A stretch of DNA of 64,000 nt from Candidatus Bathyarchaeota archaeon (GTDB taxonomy: Archaea > Thermoproteota > Bathyarchaeia > Bathyarchaeales > Bathyarchaeaceae). Below are positions 20,093 to 30,239 of the stretch, in pieces (within the stretch, counting starts at the first letter, position 1; each line of letters starts with the position of its first letter). Below the pieces are notes generated by a model. It was given only the letters and a program-made list of their open reading frames with translations, did not search any database and was not told where the DNA came from. The stretch covers positions 1 through 64,000 of the forward strand of contig CAVOMX010000012.1 of assembly GCA_963697165.1 (NCBI GenBank), given 5' to 3'. The position numbers and the translations under genes were made by a program.

Positions 20093-21199
20093 CTATTGAG
20101 AAATGTCTTCAAGTGCCTTTATAATGTATCCAATGCTCTCTCTGTCAACCAGCGGATGAATAGGCAAACTTAAAACCTGTCTACAAGCTTCTTCTGTGAA
20201 AGGACACATTTTCCCATTGTAACCTAACTTCTTGTATACTGACTGTTTGTAAATTGGTATCGGATAATGAACCGCTACCCCAATGCCCTTCTGTCCTAAA
20301 CGTTCAGCAAGCTCATCCCTTCCAAGCAGATAGTTATCTTCTACTCTGATTACATACTGATGAAAGACATGCTTCACGTTCTCGTCCACGTTGGGCGCAG
20401 TTAAACCTCGGAGTTTGCGGATTCCGTTACTCAAAAGAGATGCATTCTCTATTCTCCTCTCGTTAAAACCGTTAAGCTTCTTGAGTTGCACTGATCCAAT
20501 TGCAGCACAGATTTCTGTCATGCGATAATTGTAACCAAGTGTTTCATGTTTGTACTTGCTTCTTTGTCCATGATTTATAAGCAGTCGAATTGCAGCTGCA
20601 ATTTTCGGATTGTTGGTGGTGATTATTCCTCCCTCGCCCGTTGTCATATTCTTTGTTGCGTAAAGACTAAAACATCCCATGTCTCCAAAGCTTCCTACCT
20701 TCTCGCCTTTGTATTCGGCTCCATGGGCTTGGGCTGCATCCTCAACTAACGCGATTTTCTTATCTTCTGCGATTTGCTTAATTGCATCCATGTTAGCCGG
20801 TTGACCAAACAGGTGAACGGGAATTATTGCTTTGGTTTTTGCTGTAATCTTCTCAGCTACGTCTTGTGGATCAATGTTGAATGTTTTTGGATCGATGTCA
20901 GCGAAGACAGGTTTTGCATTCTGAAACAATATGCAGTTACCTGAGGCTACAAAAGAGAAGGCCGAAGTTATCACTTCATCTCCTGGACCTATTTCAAGTG
21001 CCTTAAGAGCCACATCCAGTGCCACAGTCCCATTGGTTACAGCAACTGCATGTTCTACGCCAATGTATTCCGCAAACTCTTCTTCGAAGACTTTGGTTTT
21101 TGGTCCCGCTGCTAATATACCTGATGCTATTACCTCTTTTACTGCAGTTTCTTCTTCTTTACCAAAATTTGGTTTTGCGATGGAAATCTTTCGGTTCAA
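20093..21199 (-). CDS. DegT/DnrJ/EryC1/StrS aminotransferase, WbpE-like
   Basis: NGTVAL, PVHLFGQ, EDAAQAHGA, FSLYATKNMTTGEGG, GYNYRM. Confidence 0.92.
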   Translation of the reverse strand: MNRKISIAKPNFGKEEETAVKEVIASGILAAGPKTKVFEEEFAEYIGVEHAVAVTNGTVALDVALKALEIGPGDEVITSAFSFVASGNCILFQNAKPVFADIDPKTFNIDPQDVAEKITAKTKAIIPVHLFGQPANMDAIKQIAEDKKIALVEDAAQAHGAEYKGEKVGSFGDMGCFSLYATKNMTTGEGGIITTNNPKIAAAIRLLINHGQRSKYKHETLGYNYRMTEICAAIGSVQLKKLNGFNERRIENASLLSNGIRKLRGLTAPNVDENVKHVFHQYVIRVEDNYLLGRDELAERLGQKGIGVAVHYPIPIYKQSVYKKLGYNGKMCPFTEEACRQVLSLPIHPLVDRESIGYIIKALEDISQ

Positions 21200-21206
21200 C
21201 AGTTTT

Positions 21207-21812
21207 TCACTCTTCCTTTTCTATTCTTGCATAATATTCGGCAGGTATCTTGTATTTTTCGTTACAGACGGGACACTTCATAGAAACGTGGTCTTTTGCT
21301 TTTTCTGGGGTCACAAGTTTTCTGCTGCATCTGCAAACGAATCCTCTAATTCTGGCTGGGTTTCCGTAAGCCAAAGCTTGAGGTGGTATGTTCTCTGTGA
21401 CTACGCTACCTGCGCCTATCAAGGCATATTCCCCTATGGTGACGCTGCAAACTACTACTGTTCCTGCTCCAATGGAGCAGCCTTCCTTTACAAGTGTTGG
21501 CAGGATTTTCCAGTCTTTAGTGAAGCTTCTGGGATAAAGATCGTTTGTGAATGTGACGTGGGGACCAACAAATACGTTATCTTCAATTGTTACTCCCTCA
21601 TAGACGGTTGCTCTGTTCTCAAGCTTTACCCTGTTTCCGATTTTTACTCCTCTACCCACATAAACGTAGTCTGAAATTATACAATCTTCACCTATTTTGG
21701 CACATTCCATTATGTGAACAAAATGCCAAACTTTGGTGCCGCTTCCTAGGCTGACTTTGTTATCGATGATTGCCGTAGGATCAACATAAACATTAGTCAC
21801 GAAATTCCCCAT
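21207..21812 (-). CDS. Hexapeptide N-acetyltransferase, WbpD-like, with C-terminal Zn ribbon
   Basis: KVWHFVHI, FVGPHVTFTND.YPRS, GAGSVVT, GNPAR, CRC...CPVC. Confidence 0.88.
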   Translation of the reverse strand: MGNFVTNVYVDPTAIIDNKVSLGSGTKVWHFVHIMECAKIGEDCIISDYVYVGRGVKIGNRVKLENRATVYEGVTIEDNVFVGPHVTFTNDLYPRSFTKDWKILPTLVKEGCSIGAGTVVVCSVTIGEYALIGAGSVVTENIPPQALAYGNPARIRGFVCRCSRKLVTPEKAKDHVSMKCPVCNEKYKIPAEYYARIEKEE

Positions 21813-21877
21813 TCCATACTAACTTAGCAAGTAAATAATAGTTTGCGCACACAAAGTTACATTCACAAGGAATGATG

Positions 21878-23458
21878 TTAAGTTTCGCGATTTACAAGTG
21901 GATATTTGTCCATGTTGTTTTCATCAATAATATAGGACATGTTCCATATTGTTGACTGATCCAATTTTTCGGCATCAGGATACTTTTCTTCATAATCACT
22001 CCAGAAGTTACCACGGCTTAAGTTTTCATTATCCCAAGCATTAAGCGAATCAAAGGAGAATACCTGATATGTATTATTAAGAAAACCATTATGGAAAAAA
22101 CTGTTTCCTGATGATGAGTTTAAGTAAACACCAAATCCATTGTCAACAATGTTGTTTTCTGTTATCTGATTATTTGACGAATAATCAAATCCAATTGCAA
22201 GGTCACTATTTTTAATTTCATTTGCAGAAATACTGTTTGATTCAGAATTTGAAGTTATGCTGATGCTGTACTGGTTGTCTGTGATGTTGTTTTCGGTTAT
22301 CTGGTTGTTTGACGAATAGGTAAGACCAATAGCTCCTTCACAATCCGTTATTGTGTTTCCAACCATAATATTATATGAAGAATTAGCTAATCTGATACCT
22401 TCTGTGTTAGCTTCTATAAAATTTTCGTGGACGCTGTTATTATTTGATAAATAACTAAGTGTAATTGCCGCATCCCCATTTCTTATGTTGTTACCATAAA
22501 TATTATTTGATCCTGAACTTAAGGTCATGATTATGTTATTTTGGTTGTCTATGATGCTGTTTTCGTTTATCTGGTTGTATGAGGAATAGGAAAGACCGAT
22601 AGCTCCCTCACAATCCATTATTGTGTTCCCAGCCATAACATTATACAAAGACTGCTCTAATGTGATTCCTTGCTCATTTTTTTCCAAACGATTCTCAGAA
22701 AAAGTGTTATTATTTGACGTTCTAGCTAAAATAATTGCCCCTCCGTTATTGGTTAATATGTTTTCAGAAATGATGTTAGTTGAAGAACCATAGTCTAGGT
22801 TAAACCCATAATAATTGTTATCCAATTTGTTTTTTATCATATTATTATTAGAAGATTGAGCCAGCAAAATTGCTCCACTACAATTTGTAATATTATTTTC
22901 AATTACTGTATTGTTGAAGCACGAATCAAAACCGATACCATACTCGTTTGTTAAATCGTTTTTAGAAAGAACAATATTTGTTCCTGATTCAACAAAGACG
23001 CCATACTTGAAATCTTTTATTTTCAGGTTAGTTATCGTAACATTGCTTCTTTCAGTTAGTTCAATTCCAGTAGAATTGGTATCGAGTTCTCCGTGAAGAA
23101 TGTGATTAGCTCCATCAATGACAATGTTGTCTCTCTCAATAATAATTGAGCCAAAAATATCGGTTGTAAAAGTGTAGGTAGTGTTTTCCAAATTTGTAAT
23201 TGTTGCTGTAGCGGGATCAATAGTCCCATCCGACCTAAGGTAAATAATTGAAAAATGTTTTATGCTTAATTGCCAAACCAAAATGACTCCAACTATTATG
23301 ACCAATAATGAAATAGTCAAAAACATCTTCTTTTTTGGGAGTTTTCTTGAACTTTTTGTTTTTATTTCTCTTCGTTTTTGTCGGGCTTCCTCTGATCTTT
23401 GTTGTTTGAGTTGTCTTTCGCGTTGTTTTTCTTTCAAATCTTTTTTGTCTTTTGGCAT
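21878..23458 (-). CDS. NosD/right-handed beta-helix surface protein with N-terminal membrane anchor
   Basis: Basic N-tail, TM helix, IYLRSDGTIDP, many SSNN.I.EN.I repeats, GNFWSDY, DKYPL. Confidence 0.85.
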   Translation of the reverse strand: MPKDKKDLKEKQRERQLKQQRSEEARQKRREIKTKSSRKLPKKKMFLTISLLVIIVGVILVWQLSIKHFSIIYLRSDGTIDPATATITNLENTTYTFTTDIFGSIIIERDNIVIDGANHILHGELDTNSTGIELTERSNVTITNLKIKDFKYGVFVESGTNIVLSKNDLTNEYGIGFDSCFNNTVIENNITNCSGAILLAQSSNNNMIKNKLDNNYYGFNLDYGSSTNIISENILTNNGGAIILARTSNNNTFSENRLEKNEQGITLEQSLYNVMAGNTIMDCEGAIGLSYSSYNQINENSIIDNQNNIIMTLSSGSNNIYGNNIRNGDAAITLSYLSNNNSVHENFIEANTEGIRLANSSYNIMVGNTITDCEGAIGLTYSSNNQITENNITDNQYSISITSNSESNSISANEIKNSDLAIGFDYSSNNQITENNIVDNGFGVYLNSSSGNSFFHNGFLNNTYQVFSFDSLNAWDNENLSRGNFWSDYEEKYPDAEKLDQSTIWNMSYIIDENNMDKYPLVNRET

Positions 23459-23838
23459 CTTATTCCAGCCTTGAGTTGAAGTTTCTTATTCTTTTTGATT
23501 CGATTCTTATATATTAAGGATTTTCAGATTTAGACTTGATTAAAGAATAATTCAATAACCGCATGCGACTTTCTATATGAAAGGGGAGTTAATTTGGGTT
23601 TTTTAGATATTAATTACCATAATTTTTTGATTTTTTAGACAAAGATATTGTCACAACTGTGATGCGTGCGCAAAAAAGGGAGTTTTAGAACCATCACTAA
23701 GTGACAGAAAGAATAACATTTTACTTACAATCCCCGATGTTCTAGCGGTTCTACGTTATGGATGCTTGTTGTTTGAGCCCTTTTGAATAATTATTGTTGG
23801 CTTCGCATCTAGACTAAAACAATCATTTGTTGTTTTGG

Positions 23839-24201
23839 TTACTTTGCTGTTCTTTTTTTCTTAGAGCATTCCTTCAGGACTTTCATCATTATCTCCATAT
23901 CCTGAACATCTATGTTGAGAAGGTTTCCGTTGATGCAGATTTTCAGTTTTGGCTTTTCTGTTTGTTCCTTTTCTCTTTCTCGAAGCCAACCAAGAGTTGC
24001 TTTGATTAGCTCCTCTGTTACATCAACGAATATTCCTGAAATAACCGAGTCACCAAAATCGGTTGAGTCTGGTATTGGTGGAGGAGAAATGTTTACGTAA
24101 TAATCCTCTTCTACGTTCAGGTCTATCTTCTGGTTTAGTAACGCCATGATTAGACTATCAACAGCATATGAAACACCGAAAATTAGAGTCTTCTCAGTCA
24201 T
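23839..24201 (-). CDS. Hypothetical protein
   Basis: 120-aa ORF with plausible composition; no motif recognised. Confidence 0.55.
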   Translation of the reverse strand: MTEKTLIFGVSYAVDSLIMALLNQKIDLNVEEDYYVNISPPPIPDSTDFGDSVISGIFVDVTEELIKATLGWLREREKEQTEKPKLKICINGNLLNIDVQDMEIMMKVLKECSKKKRTAK

Positions 24202-24525
24202 CAGATCCCCAGAAACAGTATTTTCTCAATTAAGTATAAAAATCATGGCATACTTACGGTTTTCTCCCTTTCTTTCTATGACATTTTACTATCTATTCTA
24301 TAATCCAGCGGTTCTTGCAGCTTTCAGTAATCTAGTTTTATCACTGAACCCAGTGATACTAATCGAAAGCATAGCTAGCGGATAAAATAGAATACAAATT
24401 CTACAAAAGCGTGTAAAGCCTTTTATGTCCAACGCACTAAAATGTCCTAGTTTCAAACAAAGAAAGAAACAGGTATGCACAACTTTATATTTAGTTTAGA
24501 TTTAAACTCGCTTGGCTGACCATTC

Positions 24526-25485
24526 TTGGAACAAGAAAAAAGTATCTTGATAATGGCAGGTGGTGGAGGACACACCGGCTTCGCTTATGCTTTAGCACAG
24601 AGGCTCGAAGATAGAGCTTCAATGACCTTTTTGATTCCAGAAGGAGACACTCTAAGCCAAAAAAGGCTAAACCGATTCGGTAACATCGACTATATACCAA
24701 AGCCTCGTGGAGCAAAAACGCCCACAGGCGAATTCGTCTACAATTTAGCCCGAGCCTTCGCAGTTTCCATGAAAAAAGTGACAAGAGACTTTGATGTTGC
24801 AGTGAGCACAGGCAGCAACTTTTGTATCCCCCCTGCATTCACGGCTTTTTCAAAGAGGATTCCCATAGTTAACATTGAGGGAGAAGTTCGTTTCACTCGG
24901 GCATCCCTAACTGCCCGTATTCTACAGCCATTCTCGGCAATCACAGCGTTACAGTGGCCTGAGCAAAAAAAGTTGTTAAAAGGAACAGTTGTTGGTCCAC
25001 TGTTTCACAGACCCGAAATTCAGCCTTGGAATGGAGGCTACATACTGGTAACTGGTGGAACATTAGGACACAAGCAATTATTTGATGCTGTAAACGAAAG
25101 CGATCTAATGAACATAGTTTTGCAGACAGGAGAAATCGACCCACAACCATACAGGAAGCGTCATCCCGAATGGAAAATCATGCGTTACTCCTCAAACTTT
25201 CATGAACTTCTGGCAGGAGCAGAACTTATTGTAACCCATTTTGGTTCCACCGCGCTAGAATCAGTTGTCTATAAGAAACCCGTAGTTATGGTGCTTAACC
25301 CAGAGTGGAAGCGCACGGTCGGAAAAGCAGATGCAACAATTTTCGCCAAAAAAGTAGGCGCTACTTTTCTTTCAGACGTCAATCTGGAAACTTTAACATG
25401 TGCAATAGAAACAGCGAAGAAAAACAAGACACCAGAATTGAGGGATGGCGCTAAAGTTTTGGCATCAATGATTCTTGGTCTATGA
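24526..25485 (+). CDS. MurG/Alg14-Alg13-like GT-B glycosyltransferase, Agl24-like
   Basis: N-terminal AGGGGH, STGSNF, NIE, LQWPEQ, LVTGGTLG, LQTG, THFG. Confidence 0.8.
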   Translation: MEQEKSILIMAGGGGHTGFAYALAQRLEDRASMTFLIPEGDTLSQKRLNRFGNIDYIPKPRGAKTPTGEFVYNLARAFAVSMKKVTRDFDVAVSTGSNFCIPPAFTAFSKRIPIVNIEGEVRFTRASLTARILQPFSAITALQWPEQKKLLKGTVVGPLFHRPEIQPWNGGYILVTGGTLGHKQLFDAVNESDLMNIVLQTGEIDPQPYRKRHPEWKIMRYSSNFHELLAGAELIVTHFGSTALESVVYKKPVVMVLNPEWKRTVGKADATIFAKKVGATFLSDVNLETLTCAIETAKKNKTPELRDGAKVLASMILGL

Positions 25486-25569
25486 ATGAAACGACTTGTC
25501 ATATTTTAGGTGAAATAGAAAACATTTAAATCCTGTGAAACACCGTTACCCAGTTTAGAGGCTTATATA

Positions 25570-25740
25570 ATGTCAGAGAAAATTTCACGTGGACTTACAT
25601 ACGAATGCGTGAAATGCGGCGCCCAAGTTAAAACAGAAGAACTTGAGTTGCGCGGCGGAGGAGTAAAATGCACATTCTGCGGTTACCGCGTACTCAAAAA
25701 GAAAAGACCGCCCGTAGTGAAACGGGTCTCCAGCGGATAA
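25570..25740 (+). CDS. rpoP: RNA polymerase subunit Rpo12 (P), absent from the ORF track
   Basis: MSEKISRGLTYECVKCGAQVKTEELELRGGGVKCTFCGYRVLKKKRPPVVKRVSSG; CxxC...CxxCG.R.L.K.RP signature. Confidence 0.95.
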   Translation: MSEKISRGLTYECVKCGAQVKTEELELRGGGVKCTFCGYRVLKKKRPPVVKRVSSG

Positions 25741-25910
25741 AAATAAACAGATTTTTTACAAAAAACGCCTAGCCATTATTCCCTAATCGAATCAACCTTT
25801 TTTTAGGATATTTCCGTGGCAGAAGCTTTTTTTTCGTCGATTTTACCGAAACTGCACATTTAAATACGAGTCCATCAGACACCTTTAAACTCGAAAGGAG
25901 ACGAAAGTAA

Positions 25911-26975
25911 ATGAGATACCCTTTAACTAAGAAGGTTGAAGGCTTCAAAGTTGAAGAAAAATCGATTTCTCAACTTATTTCTGAAATGGGAAAAACGGCT
26001 TATCAGGGCAGAAAACTTGCAGAAGCCGTGGACCTATGGGAAAAAATGGTGAAAGAAGACGACCTAGTAATTGTTTTGGGGTTAGCTGGTTCAATGAGCA
26101 CCGCTGGACAGTGGACGCTAGTTAATTGGCTAATCAAAAACAGGTTTGTTGACGTTATTGTTTCTACAGGAGCAAACGTTTCAGAAGATATTGTTGACGC
26201 AATGGGACTTGGATACTGGCAAGCTACCTCAAACATTAACGATGAAGAGTTGCTGGAAGCAGATATCAACAGATACTACGATGTTTATGGTGTAGAAACT
26301 GACTACAGAAAAATGGAAGAACTATTAACCGATTTTCTGTTGACGCTAAAAACAGATTATCCATATTCTTCCATGGAAATTCTACACTTGCTTGGCAAAT
26401 GGTTAAGCAAAAAGAAAATCGAAAGCATAACCGCAACTGCGGCAGAGAATGGTGTCCCCATCTTTAGTCCTGCATTACTCGACAGCGCCTATGGCGAGGC
26501 AGTTTTAATGGCAAAAAATGAAGGACATAACCTGATAGTGGATCAGGTTAGAGAGTTCGATCAGTTTGTGGGCATAGGCGAAAAAACGAAGAATACTGCC
26601 GTCATATATGTTGGGGGCGGGGTCCCAAAAGATTTCACGCAGCTCCTAGCAATATCGATTTCGCCAAAAACTATGGATCAGGAAATACCTGGAAGAGAAG
26701 GCAACTGCCGCAAAAGCCTGCAGGAGTACTATTACCCTCACAAGTATGCTATACAAATCACAACCGATTCTCCACAATGGGGTGGACTATCAGGCTGCAC
26801 TCTTGAGGAAGCTAAAAGCTGGGGCAAAGTTTCAGGTAAAGGAAGAGATGTAACCTGCTACTGTGACGCAACAATTGCTTTGCCGCTCATAACACATGCA
26901 CTCAATGAGCGCGTGAAAACGGATGCACGAAAGAATAGGGCTCCAGACTTTTCGTGGCTTTTCCCAGAGAGCTGA
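25911..26975 (+). CDS. dys: Deoxyhypusine synthase family protein
   Basis: LAGSM, VSTGAN, DSAYG, VGGGVPKDF, ITTDSPQWGGLSGCTLEEAKSWGK (catalytic Lys), CDATIALP. Confidence 0.9.
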   Translation: MRYPLTKKVEGFKVEEKSISQLISEMGKTAYQGRKLAEAVDLWEKMVKEDDLVIVLGLAGSMSTAGQWTLVNWLIKNRFVDVIVSTGANVSEDIVDAMGLGYWQATSNINDEELLEADINRYYDVYGVETDYRKMEELLTDFLLTLKTDYPYSSMEILHLLGKWLSKKKIESITATAAENGVPIFSPALLDSAYGEAVLMAKNEGHNLIVDQVREFDQFVGIGEKTKNTAVIYVGGGVPKDFTQLLAISISPKTMDQEIPGREGNCRKSLQEYYYPHKYAIQITTDSPQWGGLSGCTLEEAKSWGKVSGKGRDVTCYCDATIALPLITHALNERVKTDARKNRAPDFSWLFPES

Positions 26976-27035
26976 AAACAAAAAAGACAAGTTTAAATTG
27001 GAATATAAATCTCATAATTCGGTCTTGGGAGGTAA

Positions 27036-27587
27036 ATGAAAGCGATGATTCCTAGATATGTGTTCCTGACAAAGGGCGTAGGCAAACATAAGGACTATTT
27101 GCAGTCTTTTGAGTTGGCTTTGAGAAACGCTGGCATACAGGCATGTAACATAGTGACTGTTTCTAGTATATTACCGCCAGGATGCAAACAGATCTCGAAA
27201 GAGCGAGGTTTGAAGATGATTCATCCAGGCGAGATAACGTTTGCTGTACTGTCCAAAACCTCTGTCCAGGAGCCCCACAGGTTAATTGCAGCATCTATCG
27301 GCATGGCGATTCCCTCAAGCCAAAACAGTTACGGCTACCTCTCTGAGCATCATTCTTTTGGTCAAATAGCAGAAGCGGCTGGAAACTATGCCGAGGATCT
27401 GGCTGCGACCATGCTGGCGACAACTATGGGAATTCCCTTTGATCCCGAGCAAGCGTGGGACGAAAAAAAGCAGATATTCCAAACCAGCGGGATGATAATC
27501 AAAACAAAAAATATAACGCAATCGGCTAAGGGAGAAAAAACGGGTCAGTGGACAACGGTCCTCACAGCGGCTGTTTTTGTGCCTTAA
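27036..27587 (+). CDS. pdaD: Pyruvoyl-dependent arginine decarboxylase
   Basis: FLTKGVG, SFELALR.AGI..NIV.VSSILP (SS self-cleavage site), GYLSEHH, WTTVL.AAV. Confidence 0.93.
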   Translation: MKAMIPRYVFLTKGVGKHKDYLQSFELALRNAGIQACNIVTVSSILPPGCKQISKERGLKMIHPGEITFAVLSKTSVQEPHRLIAASIGMAIPSSQNSYGYLSEHHSFGQIAEAAGNYAEDLAATMLATTMGIPFDPEQAWDEKKQIFQTSGMIIKTKNITQSAKGEKTGQWTTVLTAAVFVP

Positions 27588-27706
27588 CATGTTTTCCTGC
27601 GTTCGGATGAATAAGAGCCTTCTTTCATTTGTTAGGTTGAACAAGTGACATATGATAATCAAGGGTTGCATGTAGTCTAAATGGATTATATTCACATTTT
27701 TGTATA

Positions 27707-28510
27707 GTGCATTTTATGTGTTTAATATTTGTTTTCGATGTTGTCAGAAAGCCTATCAAAGAATGTTTTGGTTGCTCTGCAGAATATGGTTTGTCTCATC
27801 TAGAAATCGACTTGATCAGAGAAAGCTCTTTCATCGAAACTTTCGACTCTGAACGAATTAGCAACTTGAGAAACTTGTCCGAGGAGTTCGGAATAACTTT
27901 GAGTCTGCATACGCCCTTCAGTATGAATCCTTCTGATAATATTCCGTCAATCAGGGACGTCAACATTACATACTTGAAGAGATGCGTGTCAGTTGCCCAT
28001 GAACTAGATGCTACACTCGTAACAACACATTTTGGATACTGTTTAGGCGTTAAGCCATCAACACAGAAAGCACTAGCAAGATTGGTTGAAAACCTCAAAC
28101 AAGTTCTACAAGATTGCCAAAAACTTGACGTCCAGTTAGCAGTAGAGAATGTTAATCCGATGCCTGAATGCTCCGACCTCTTCTATTTAGTGGACAGCAT
28201 ATTGAAGAGTGCGTGTTTTTGTTGACTGAACTTGATTCTTATTAACTGAATCTTTGTCTGGATATAGGACACGCAAACACAAATGATGGACCGCTAGCGC
28301 ATATCCAAAAATTTGGAAAAAAATAGTCAACACCAATTTTCATGACAACAACGGCAAAACTGACAAACATCTAGATGTGGGAGAAGGCACGTTCCTTAGA
28401 AAAAAGTTGCTGATGCACTAAAAAGTATCAGATTCTGTGGTCCATTCGTTTCTGGGTGCTTCAATTCTAAACCTCATGAAGCAAAAGCTGCTCTGCAAAA
28501 ATACTTCTAA
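27707..28510 (+). pseudogene. Sugar phosphate isomerase/epimerase (xylose isomerase-like TIM barrel), disrupted
   Basis: SLHTPF, TTHFG, LAVEN; after a break CLDIGHAN and FHDNNGKTDKHL in other frames, with stops. Confidence 0.7.
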
Positions 28511-28640
28511 AAGCGCTCTCTATGGCGCGTATTATGTAAAAAATTGTCTAACGAAGGTTATTGATTGGTTTTAGCACCCCTCGATTATTGTGGTGTCCAG
28601 TTTTTAGGAAATGAGACGAGCTAGAAACTGTGAAGGGAAT

Positions 28641-28928
28641 CTAGTAGAGTTCTTTGTCTCCTAGTCTTCGTAACGTTTTGCCTTTGAGTTTAACAGATGG
28701 AATCACGTCTTCTTCTGGTATTCTTTCAACTGTTCTGCGTTTCACAGATTCGCCGCATACTCCTCCGGGAAGCAACTGTCTCCTTGCGCATGTTGCGTAG
28801 CTACAGTTTGCTATGCTGCATTCTTCATCCGTCCATCTGCACCAGACTTGGGTTCCTTGGTAGATTACCGCTCGTTTCACACAATTAAACAAACGACATT
28901 TGGGGGAACAATATTTTGTTTCAACCAA
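28641..28928 (-). CDS. Cys-rich (8 Cys) basic hypothetical protein
   Basis: Probable TTG start, VETKYCSPKCRLFNC...WCRWTDEECSIANCSYATC...GVC. Confidence 0.65.
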   Translation of the reverse strand: MVETKYCSPKCRLFNCVKRAVIYQGTQVWCRWTDEECSIANCSYATCARRQLLPGGVCGESVKRRTVERIPEEDVIPSVKLKGKTLRRLGDKELY

Positions 28929-29304
28929 TATGCGCCACGACCTTCGTACGAACAAAAATTCTTTGCAGTTTATGCCATATCAGCAAGATATGCATCGCCC
29001 ACGGAAAGTTATAAATTTTGTGTTTTTCGAATCCAAATCCTAATTTGGTTTCTTCTTGAACTATTGAAAAATAAGAGAGATGGGTTTATTGAAAAGTAAA
29101 TTCAAAACTATCTATCAAAAGTTGGTCCAAAAAACGAAAAAAGTAAAAAGAGGTATATATTGTCTATGGAACCTGATGTCTATTATCTGCTCAAACTCTG
29201 AGAATATATAGCAACCATTTTTAATAATCATAAATTCCTCAAAACACTGCAACTACAAAAGATTTTTAAATCCAATCTATGTATCCATCAACCGAGATGA
29301 AGTA

Positions 29305-30030
29305 ATGAAAATCTTGAATGAATTTGTCCCAACACGAAAATTTCAGAAACTCGCTGAAGAACTCAAAGATCTAGTTGATGGATGGAATGTAACTGACAGT
29401 GCTGCTGGTTTTCCTGCACCAAGCGGCGTAGTTGTAAGCTGCATACTCAAATCCAAATATCCAGACAAATATGTTGTGCCCATATTCATACTTCACTACA
29501 AAGGATCAGTTGAAGTGGGCGGTTTAGCTTTAGCCTCCGACATTATTGGACTTGACGGCTTAATCGTCACAATGGGCGACAAACCCCATTTTGGTGAACC
29601 AATCAAAGAATTAAAGTCCTCTGAGGGAGCCCGAGAGTTCTTGCGCACAAACGTGAAACTCAAGAACCTAAAATTAGGATGCTTGCTAACTTCTAGACGA
29701 TCTTTGGAAGATAACCTTGAACGTGTGAGAGGCGACTGGGACTTTATCTATTTCATGAGACTTGAAGATTCAACATTCCCAATGCTTGAAGCTGTCGCTG
29801 CAGAGTGCAAGAAACTAAACAAGCCAATATACGCATACTTCCTAGTAGCCACAGACAAGAACAAGAAAACCATGGAAATGATCGGCTGGCCTGCCACCAC
29901 AACAATGGACAAAGTTGAAGAAACCGCAGGAAGACTTGACGGAGTTGTAGACGGCATAATCGCCACATGCGCTGGAGACGCTGAAGGCGACAAAGAGATG
30001 TTGCAAAAACTGCAAAAGTTCCGAGACTAA
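29305..30030 (+). CDS. Short MetF/MTHFR-like FAD-linked TIM-barrel protein
   Basis: NEFVP, WNVTDS, MGDKP correspond to the MetF-family E.xP, NVTD and xGDxP motifs. Confidence 0.55.
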   Translation: MKILNEFVPTRKFQKLAEELKDLVDGWNVTDSAAGFPAPSGVVVSCILKSKYPDKYVVPIFILHYKGSVEVGGLALASDIIGLDGLIVTMGDKPHFGEPIKELKSSEGAREFLRTNVKLKNLKLGCLLTSRRSLEDNLERVRGDWDFIYFMRLEDSTFPMLEAVAAECKKLNKPIYAYFLVATDKNKKTMEMIGWPATTTMDKVEETAGRLDGVVDGIIATCAGDAEGDKEMLQKLQKFRD

Positions 30031-30239
30031 GTCGTTTTATCAAAACAGAAAATATGACGTGCTAGTTGCCGGAAAAAGGGCGCCTTAATACATTACTGCA
30101 TTTTATCATGTTGGCGCCCCAGAAACCTTTTTTCACCCCAGAAAAGGGGATTTACGGGAAATAAACAGCAATTTTCACTCTAATGCGTGCGCATGACTTA
30201 ATACCTTCAAACTGAACTTTATTGCTAATAGGTCCTTTT

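Noticed and set aside
23581..23690. Repeated AAGGGGAGTT
   Set aside because: A short purine tract that reads as a pyrimidine-rich terminator-like sequence on the minus strand; only two copies
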